Source: Dehalococcoidia bacterium
Lineage (GTDB): Bacteria; Chloroflexota; Dehalococcoidia; Lucifugimonadales; CAUZJF01
DNA length: 64,000 nt
Assembly: GCA_965248605.1 (NCBI GenBank)
Contig: CBDFJV010000005.1
Span: 36,355 to 100,354, forward strand
Direction: 5' to 3'
Below the pieces are notes generated by a model. That model did not search any database and was not told the DNA's origin. It saw only the letters and a list, made by a program, of their open reading frames with translations. Below are positions 24,759 to 31,723 of the stretch, in pieces. A program made the translations under genes and the position numbers. Each line of letters opens with the position of its first letter. The first letter of the stretch is position 1.

Positions 24759-24856
24759 ATTTGGCCGCTAGGAACACCGCTTTTTACGGACTTTCCGATG
24801 CCGCATCGAGATGCGCCTGCCTCGAGTCCCAGCTAGAATACCCCCAACTACGGTAG

Positions 24857-24877
24857 GGGCAGGTCTCAGACCTGCCC
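24857..24877. repeat. REP-like palindrome gggcaggtctSagacctgccc
   Basis: Perfect hairpin flanked by gtagggg. The same core recurs at 26008-26028 and 53375-53395. Confidence 0.7.
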
Positions 24878-24894
24878 TGGCACCGCGTTACGCT

Positions 24895-25986
24895 ATGAAA
24901 GCCGCCGTCCTGAAAGAACTGAACAGACCGATCGTAGTCGAGGACGTCGACTTCGAGGGTCCACGAGCAGGCGAGGTCCTGGTAAAGGTCGCCGCCACCG
25001 GCGTCTGCCACAGCTGCTACCACGCCGTTACGGGTAACCTGAGCGTACCGCTCCCTACCGTCCTGGGCGACGAGGGGGCCGGCATCGTCGAGGAGGTCGG
25101 CTCCGGAGTGACCCTCGTCCAGCCCGGTGACCACGTCATCCTGTCGTGGGCCCCATCCTGCGGGCACTGTATCTACTGCACCCAGGGCTATCCGGCGGTC
25201 TGCCTTACGGCTAGCCGGATACGAAAGGGCCACATGGCCGACGGCACGACCCGATACAGCACGAACGGCGAGCCGGTCTACCACTTCGCCAATATATCCT
25301 CGTTCGCGGAGTACACCGTCATCGCCGAGGAGTCGGCCATCCCCATCGAGAAAGACATCCCGCTCGACAAGGCGGCGCTGGTCGGGTGCAGCGTGACCAC
25401 GGGTGTGTGCGCGGTCACTAACACGGCGCGGGTTCGGCCTGGCAGCAGCGTCGCCGTGTTCGGTGTAGGAGGAATCGGGCTCAACGTGGTCCAGGGAGCC
25501 CTCCTCGCGGGCGCGGAGAGGATCATCGCCATTGACCTGATTGATTCGAAGCTGGAGATGGCGGAACAGCTCGGCGCGACCCACACGATCAACGCCGGCG
25601 AGACCGACCCCGTTGAAGGGGTGCACGCGCTAACCGACGGACTCGGCGCCGAGTACGCCTTCGAGGCCATCGGGACGAAGGCCACCTACGAGCAGGCGGT
25701 CCGCTCGATCAGGAGTCGCGGCAAGGCCGTCTGGATCGGCGCACCGCCCCTCGAGCCGCTGTCCCTCGATGCTGGGGTCGTCTTCTGGGGCGAGAAGACG
25801 ATCATGGGGAGCAACTACGGCTCAGCGCGGCCCCGCTACGACATGCCGCGGCTGCTAGCGCTGTACAAGGCGGGACGATTGAAGCTCGACGAGCTAGTGA
25901 CGCGTACCTACGAGCTAGAGCAGATCAACGACGCCTTCGATGACATGCTCCAGGGCAAGCTGGCGAGGGGATTGATTCGCTTCTGA
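24895..25986 (+). CDS. zinc-dependent alcohol dehydrogenase (MDR family)
   Basis: MKAAVLKELNRP..., GVCHSCYH, GDEGAGIVEEVG, GVGGIGLNVVQGA. Confidence 0.85.
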   Translation: MKAAVLKELNRPIVVEDVDFEGPRAGEVLVKVAATGVCHSCYHAVTGNLSVPLPTVLGDEGAGIVEEVGSGVTLVQPGDHVILSWAPSCGHCIYCTQGYPAVCLTASRIRKGHMADGTTRYSTNGEPVYHFANISSFAEYTVIAEESAIPIEKDIPLDKAALVGCSVTTGVCAVTNTARVRPGSSVAVFGVGGIGLNVVQGALLAGAERIIAIDLIDSKLEMAEQLGATHTINAGETDPVEGVHALTDGLGAEYAFEAIGTKATYEQAVRSIRSRGKAVWIGAPPLEPLSLDAGVVFWGEKTIMGSNYGSARPRYDMPRLLALYKAGRLKLDELVTRTYELEQINDAFDDMLQGKLARGLIRF

Positions 25987-26007
25987 GGCCGGTCGCGATC
26001 GGTAAGA

Positions 26008-26080
26008 GGGCAGGTCTGAGACCTGCCCCTACGTGACGAGGTCCGGTCGTCGGTGTAGGGGCGCACCTGGGTGTGCGCCC
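26008..26080. repeat. two adjacent REP-like palindromes
   Basis: gggcaggtctgagacctgccc (26008-28) and gggcgcacctgggtgtgcgccc (26058-80), between the convergent ADH and AKR genes. Confidence 0.65.
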
Positions 26081-26112
26081 GTCCCTTCGCGACGGACGCG
26101 CCACTCAAACAG

Positions 26113-27099
26113 CTATTCCCAGGCCGACATCTCGGCGCGCAGTTCTGGGTCCAGGCCCATCTCGTAGGCCTCGAGGGCGTTGTCGATGTGGCGCGTCTCC
26201 CGAGCACCTACTAGCACCGACGTCACGTGCGGATGGGTCATCGTCCACGCCATCGCGAGTTTGACCATCGATATGTCCAGCTCGTCTGACTTGGCGCGAA
26301 GCCGGTCGACCACCCGGAAGTTGCGGTCGCTGAAGTAGATGTCGATATGGCCCGGCGCGGTATCGAAACGCGTCCGCGCCGGTATCTTGGTTCGGTCGGG
26401 CGTGTACTTGCCCGCGAGGAAGCCAGAGCCTAGCGGGCTGTGGGGCGTCACCGCGATCTCCTCCCGGCCACAGAGTGGCAGCAGCTCGTCCTGTGCCTCC
26501 GGCGTCGCTAGATTATAGGGCGGCTGAGTGATCTCGAACCGCTCGTAACCGTGGGCGGCGCTGGCGTCCAGGGCCTCTTGAATCTGGGCCGCCAAGTAGT
26601 TGCTGCACCCGATAGCGCCGACCCGACCGGACTTCACCTCAGCCGTCATCGCCGCAAGCGTCTCGTCGATGGGCGTGTTGGCGTCAGGCGAGTGCATCTT
26701 GTATATCTCGACGCGGTCTGTCCGGAGACGCTCCAGGCTGGCGGCTAAGGCCCTTGGGACGTTCTCCGAGCTACCGCCGGTGCTGACCTTCGTGCACACC
26801 GTGATCTCATCTCGGCAACCCCTGAGGTCCATCCACGCGCCGATGATCCGCTCCGACGAGCTCATCTCGTCGCTGACCTCTCGCCACTCCTCGTCTCCGG
26901 TGGTCGCCTTCCTTCCGGCCCTCGCCTGACCGCCGCCATACGCCTCGGCAGTGTCGAAGAAGGTGATGCCCTTCTCGACGGCGTAGTCCATCATCTTGTA
27001 CGCGGTCTCTTCGTCGATCTCTCGTCCGAACGTCACGCACCCCAACCCGATACCGCTGATGGTGCGGCCCGACCTTCCAAGAGGTTTCTGGTCCAACAT
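26113..27099 (-). CDS. aldo/keto reductase
   Basis: LGRSGRTISGIGLGCVTFG, FFDTAEAYGGG, and the C-terminal AWTMTHPHVTSVLVGAR pattern. Confidence 0.9.
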   Translation of the reverse strand: MLDQKPLGRSGRTISGIGLGCVTFGREIDEETAYKMMDYAVEKGITFFDTAEAYGGGQARAGRKATTGDEEWREVSDEMSSSERIIGAWMDLRGCRDEITVCTKVSTGGSSENVPRALAASLERLRTDRVEIYKMHSPDANTPIDETLAAMTAEVKSGRVGAIGCSNYLAAQIQEALDASAAHGYERFEITQPPYNLATPEAQDELLPLCGREEIAVTPHSPLGSGFLAGKYTPDRTKIPARTRFDTAPGHIDIYFSDRNFRVVDRLRAKSDELDISMVKLAMAWTMTHPHVTSVLVGARETRHIDNALEAYEMGLDPELRAEMSAWE

Positions 27100-27118
27100 G
27101 CTCTTCTCCCGATTTCAG

Positions 27119-27249
27119 CTAGTGGTCCAACATCCTAGTATTGAAGGGTTCTGAGGTTACGGCTTGGTAGGGGCGGGTTTGAAACCCGCCCTGTCGTCGT
27201 AGCACGCCAATCTCGGCTACCCCTCATTTCAAAGATTTCGGTCTACTAG
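27119..27249 (-). mobile_element. 131-bp IS630-derived MITE, copy 2 (inverted)
   Basis: The reverse complement is identical to copy 1 by manual alignment. TA flanks. Confidence 0.8.
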
Positions 27250-27565
27250 CTTTCGGCAGCGAAAGGGTAGCCGAGGGCGCTTGCCGTGTCCAGCGTCCAG
27301 CCGGCCTCTGCAAACGCCTGAGACACCTACTGCTTTTGACCACACCTTTGGATAGTAGCGCGGGGTCCGAAAAATTTACTCTGTTGCAAACCGTAGCAAA
27401 CCGATGCATTCATATCTGAGGGTTGCAACACCTGGGCGGGGGAATGCAACAGGTAGGTGGAGGTGGGTACGGGGTACGTGTAGTCGATTTCGGGGGTCGT
27501 CTGACGGATTGTTGCTCTCCTCAGGACAGACCTGCGGGGTCCCGTTCCTCAACGCATCATAGCAC

Positions 27566-27937
27566 AGACGTTCTGGTCGTGCCACGTGGGGTTGCACCGG
27601 GGGCGTGATCGAAAGTAGGCGGAGCTGTCGCGTCAGAACAAAGAGCCAGCTTGGGCGGAATGCTTCGGGCGCATGTCCCGATGCCGCATCGGGACGCCCC
27701 TACAAATGCGGAAGATGCCTACTACTCTTGACCACATCCGTCAGCCTAACGGGCGAGCGCCGTGTCGTACCGGATGCGGACCCGAGCAACCCGGATCTCT
27801 TCGTATGAGAACTCCACGCCGAGCAGGTCTCGGACGGGGCTAAGGGCCTCTCCTCCGGCTTCACGGAAGGCGGCCGCGATCTTCTCGAACCGGTCTTGCG
27901 GCATCAAGTGCGCCACGTCGATCTTCTCGCCGGTGCC
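27566..27937. repeat. left copy of an ~375-bp direct repeat (intergenic unit plus recQ 3' end)
   Basis: Aligns with 28917-29301. The intergenic part is near-identical (ggttgcaccgggggcgtgatcgaaagtaggcggagctgtcgcgtcagaacaaagagccagcttgggcggaatgcttcgg...). The coding-derived part is more diverged. Confidence 0.75.
27746..27937 (-). pseudogene. orphan duplicate of the recQ C-terminal ~63 codons
   Basis: Minus-strand translation GTGEKIDVAHLMPQDRFEKIAAAFREAGGEALSPVRDLLG... parallels the RecQ C-terminus AGTGEKIDVAHLMPQDRFEKIAAAFREAGGEALRPVRDLLG.... No upstream coding continuation. Confidence 0.6.
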
Positions 27938-27951
27938 TATCTGATCTCGAA

Positions 27952-28857
27952 TCAGCCAAGAGCCTGTCGAATTCTCTCAGCTGCACTCTTGTTTATACTT
28001 TTGCCAGTCTTTGTTAGATGGAAGGGTTTCGGCATTGAACCATCTGTGTCTCGAAATCCGTACTCCTTCGCTAGTTCACCTACAACCAAAACTTTTCCTG
28101 CTTTTCGCCGGACCTTCTTGTCAGCGGCAAGAGCCGCCACAGCCCGGCCAACGTACAGGGGAGATTCCGAGTCTGGTAGTGTAGTACCTTCGCGGCCTCG
28201 CATGACTCCCTCAGTTCGAACAAGGCCAGGGTACAGGGCAACGCATGTCACCCCTGTTCCTCGAAGGTCCCTGGCCATTTCAACCGCCATTTTGTCCGTA
28301 GCCAGCTTAGCCACGGAGTAGGAACAACTGCCTAAGGCATGGTGGGCGGTGTAAAAAGAGATATTCACAATCAGACCACTGCCCTGAGTAATCAGGAGTG
28401 GGGCGGCATATGTGCTTGTGACGAAGTGGGAGCGAACTCCCACTTCAAACTGGGAATCCCATTCGGAAATTGGCAGTTCCCAGAACCTTCCGGTGTCGTA
28501 TTGACCTCTATGTAGGCCCTCGTATCCAGACCACGCGTTGTTAACGAGGATGTCTAGTCGACCCTGAGTGCGTTCAATCTTCTCGATGACGGATTTGGTC
28601 TGGCGATCGTCTCCATGATCACATTTGCAGGGAATACCACGACCCCCCAACGTGGCGATCTCCGCGGCCGTTTCTTGAAGTGATCCTGGCAGAGGTACGG
28701 TCGCCTGCCCCTCCTTCAGGGTTCGTCCTGTGAGGAAGACGGTTGCTCCCGCCTCGCCCAGAGCGAGGGCTATGCCTTTTCCAACACCCCGACTTGCCCC
28801 GGTAACGAGTGCTACCTTGTCAACAAGAGAACCGCTATCTCTTTTGCTGGATTTCAT
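27952..28857 (-). CDS. short-chain dehydrogenase/reductase (SDR)
   Basis: VALVTGASRGVGKG, NNAW, catalytic YSVAKLA. The ATG at 28857 has a GAGGA Shine-Dalgarno sequence. G+C is visibly lower than the flanks. Confidence 0.85.
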   Translation of the reverse strand: MKSSKRDSGSLVDKVALVTGASRGVGKGIALALGEAGATVFLTGRTLKEGQATVPLPGSLQETAAEIATLGGRGIPCKCDHGDDRQTKSVIEKIERTQGRLDILVNNAWSGYEGLHRGQYDTGRFWELPISEWDSQFEVGVRSHFVTSTYAAPLLITQGSGLIVNISFYTAHHALGSCSYSVAKLATDKMAVEMARDLRGTGVTCVALYPGLVRTEGVMRGREGTTLPDSESPLYVGRAVAALAADKKVRRKAGKVLVVGELAKEYGFRDTDGSMPKPFHLTKTGKSINKSAAERIRQALG

Positions 28858-28916
28858 GACTGCTCTTTTCCTCACTAACTTCTGGTAGGCAACCAGTCAG
28901 GCAGACAATTTTGGCA

Positions 28917-29301
28917 CATGCGTTCTGGTCTGTCAACGGGGGGGGGGGTTGCACCGGGGGCGTGATCGAAAGTAGGCGGAGCTGTCGCGTCAGAACAAAG
29001 AGCCAGCTTGGGCGGAATGCTTCGGACGCCCCGATGCGACATCGGGGTGGAATCGGGACGCCCCTACAAATGCCGAAGAAGCCTACCGTTCTTAACCACA
29101 ACCGCCGAGCTATAGAGCGGGAGCCGATTCCTGACCGAGGCGAATTCGCGTCAGGCTTATCTCTTCGTAGGAGTACTCCTCGCCCAGTAGGTCTCGGACC
29201 GGTCTCAGGGCCTCTCCTCCGGCCTCGCGGAAGGCGGCCGCGATCTTCTCGAACCGGTCCTGCGGCATCAAGTGCGCCACGTCGATCTTCTCGCCGGTGC
29301 C
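28917..29301. repeat. right copy of the ~375-bp direct repeat
   Basis: See 27566-27937. This copy includes the authentic recQ 3' end. Confidence 0.75.
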
Positions 29302-31284
29302 AGCCAGCCGTTCAATGTGCGACAACACCGTGCTGTCCGTGAGGATTCGTTGTTCAGCGATTTCCTCGATGGAGAGGCCTTGTAACAGGAGCCGCTTTGT
29401 CTCCTGGAACGTCGTCCCCGCAACGCCATCACTTCTCCCGCGCCGCTCCGGCGGATGCTGCTCGGGTGCGTCACGTTCGGCGAGGCCATTCTCGTGAGCG
29501 TACTGCTGGATCACCGCGAGGAACGCGTCGCTGAACTGCGCTAGCTTCTCGGTACCTACTCCGTTGACGCGGGCGAAACTTTCCTTACTCTGCGGTAGAA
29601 ACGCCGCCATTTCCCGGAGAGCCCGGTCGCCGAAGATCACGAACCCAGGCACGTCTTTCTCGTCCGCCAGCCTCTTTCTGAGCACCCGGAGACGCTCGAA
29701 GAGCGCGCCGTCGTATTCCAGCTTGTGGATGTCCGGGACCCGCTGCGGCTCGCGTCGGGGCCGCTTCAAAACAAGGCGCTCGCGCCGTTTCAAGAACGTC
29801 TGTCCGGCCTCCGTGACCTGGAGAATCGGGTACTCGGTGCCTACCTTCTCCAGTAGACCGCGCTCGGTGAACAGCTTGATCAGATCTCGGACCTCCTCGC
29901 CCGAGGTGTCACGCATAATCCCGTGTACAGTGAGCTGGTCGTGGCCGAGCTCCACCAGCCTCTTCGACCGTGAGCCTTGAAGGACCAGCGCGACGTGGGC
30001 AGCCCCGAACCTCTCGCCGGTCCGGATGACTGCCGAGAGGACCTTCTGCGCCGCCTCGGTGGCGTCGAACTCCTCTTCCTCGGCTAGACAGACGTCGCAG
30101 CCTCCGCAGTCGTCTCCATCCATCGATTCGCCGAAGTAGTCGAGCAGAAAGGCCCTCCGGCACGTGACGCTCTCGCTCATCTCGATCATCTTCGCTAGCT
30201 TGAGGCTCGCGTTCTTCTTTTCCGCCGGGTCTTCCATCTGGTCGATGAAGAAGTCTTGCTTAATCTTGTCGCCGTACGAGTAGAAGAACACGCAGTCGCT
30301 GGGTAGCCCATCGCGGCCTGCCCGACCCGTCTCCTGGTAGTACCCCTCGATCGACTTGGGCAGATCGTAGTGGACGACCGTGCGGACATCGGGCTTGTCG
30401 ATCCCCATCCCGAAGGCGATCGTGGCCACTATGACAGGCACGTCGTCCCGGATAAACCGCTCCTGGGTCTCTCTCCGGACGTCGTCTTCGAGCCCGGCGT
30501 GGTATGGCATCGCCTTCAGCCCGCTGGCCGAAAGGTCGGCGGCAAGCTCCTCGGTCCCTTTGCGCGAAAAGCAGTAGACGATGGCGGGAGTGCTGCCGTC
30601 CTGCCGTAGCACTTCGACGAGCGCCCGTCGGGCACGCTTCTTGGGCCGCACGAGGTACTTGAGGTTGGGCCGGTCGAAGCTGGCCAGGAATGTCCGCGAG
30701 CCCTCGAGACCAAGATGTTCGACGACGTCGCGCTGCACCCTTTCAGTCGCCGTCGCAGTCAGGGCGATCGTCGGAACGTTGGGAACATCTCCCCTCAGAA
30801 TGTCCAGGTTGCGGTACTCGGGCCGGAAGTCGTGACCCCACTCGGAGATACAGTGGGCTTCGTCGACGGCGATGAGCGCGACTTCGACGCGCTGCAGGAA
30901 GTTGCGGAATCCCGGTACCGTCAGGCGCTCGGGCGCCACGTAGAGGATGTCTAGCCGGCCGGCAAGGCCTTGAACGTGAACGCGCGACACCTCGGCAGCA
31001 GTCATTGTGCTGTTGATGAACTCGGCGCGGACGCCGTTCGCCTTGAGAGCGTCTACCTGGTCCTTCATCAGGGAGATCAGGGGCGACACCACGAGTGCCA
31101 CGCCATCGAGCAGCAGCCCTGGAAGCTGGTAGCACATCGACTTGCCGCTGCCCGTCGGCATCACGACCAGGGCGTCCTTTCCAGCGAGCACGTGGGAGAC
31201 GATCTCTTCCTGCAACGGGAGGAAGGCGTCGTAGCCGAAGCGCGCCTTCAGTTCGGCGAGCGGCTCGCGAACAGTTTCATTCAT
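29110..31284 (-). CDS. recQ: ATP-dependent DNA helicase RecQ
   Basis: FGYDAFLPLQEEIV, PTGSGKS, DEAH (VDEAHCISEWGHDFRPEY), zinc-binding Cys cluster, HRDC, and a C-terminal HTH-like extension. Confidence 0.95.
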   Translation of the reverse strand: MNETVREPLAELKARFGYDAFLPLQEEIVSHVLAGKDALVVMPTGSGKSMCYQLPGLLLDGVALVVSPLISLMKDQVDALKANGVRAEFINSTMTAAEVSRVHVQGLAGRLDILYVAPERLTVPGFRNFLQRVEVALIAVDEAHCISEWGHDFRPEYRNLDILRGDVPNVPTIALTATATERVQRDVVEHLGLEGSRTFLASFDRPNLKYLVRPKKRARRALVEVLRQDGSTPAIVYCFSRKGTEELAADLSASGLKAMPYHAGLEDDVRRETQERFIRDDVPVIVATIAFGMGIDKPDVRTVVHYDLPKSIEGYYQETGRAGRDGLPSDCVFFYSYGDKIKQDFFIDQMEDPAEKKNASLKLAKMIEMSESVTCRRAFLLDYFGESMDGDDCGGCDVCLAEEEEFDATEAAQKVLSAVIRTGERFGAAHVALVLQGSRSKRLVELGHDQLTVHGIMRDTSGEEVRDLIKLFTERGLLEKVGTEYPILQVTEAGQTFLKRRERLVLKRPRREPQRVPDIHKLEYDGALFERLRVLRKRLADEKDVPGFVIFGDRALREMAAFLPQSKESFARVNGVGTEKLAQFSDAFLAVIQQYAHENGLAERDAPEQHPPERRGRSDGVAGTTFQETKRLLLQGLSIEEIAEQRILTDSTVLSHIERLAGTGEKIDVAHLMPQDRFEKIAAAFREAGGEALRPVRDLLGEEYSYEEISLTRIRLGQESAPAL

Positions 31285-31508
31285 TCGAGGAGCCTTTGGA
31301 ACTCATCGCGAGTTAGTTCCAGATCGTTGCGTATCTTCGTCATCATTCCTGGCCCAAGTACGTCTCCACCGTGCACAGGAACCACCGTCTTTCTTCCGGC
31401 TTCGTGTTTCAGGAATCGGTGACTGCCTCGCTGACGGACCACCTGGAAGCCAGCTCTGGACAGCTTCCTGATGACCTCTTCTCCAGTTATCCTGGGCAAT
31501 CGATTCAT
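31281..31508 (-). CDS. hicA: HicA-family mRNA interferase toxin
   Basis: ITGEEVIRKLSRAGFQVVRQRGSHRFLKH. ATGA overlaps with both hicB (upstream) and recQ (downstream). Confidence 0.8.
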   Translation of the reverse strand: MNRLPRITGEEVIRKLSRAGFQVVRQRGSHRFLKHEAGRKTVVPVHGGDVLGPGMMTKIRNDLELTRDEFQRLLE

Positions 31509-31714
31509 ACGACCAGTCTCTGGACCCCGACCAGTTCTAGGGTGCCTGCTTCCTCTCCTTCCACTTCGAGGCAAAGCCTGATCGCTTCGTCGATCCGTTC
31601 TAACAGATCATCCATCGTCCTCGCCTGAGTATGACATCCCGGAAGCGAGGGAACCGAGCCAACCAGATAGCCTTCTTCGTCCCGCTCGATCACCACCGTG
31701 AACTCCCTTGCCAT
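31505..31714 (-). CDS. hicB: HicB-family antitoxin (UPF0150 fold)
   Basis: FTVVIERDEEGYLVGSVPSLPGCHTQARTMDDLLERIDEAIRLCLE. Confidence 0.8.
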   Translation of the reverse strand: MAREFTVVIERDEEGYLVGSVPSLPGCHTQARTMDDLLERIDEAIRLCLEVEGEEAGTLELVGVQRLVV

Positions 31715-31723
31715 GACTTCCTC

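Noticed and set aside
27566-29301. CRISPR array or integron attC interpretation of the repeated units
   Set aside because: There are only two long (~375 bp) copies with one gene between them. There are no short regularly spaced repeats and no intI or cas genes in the window.
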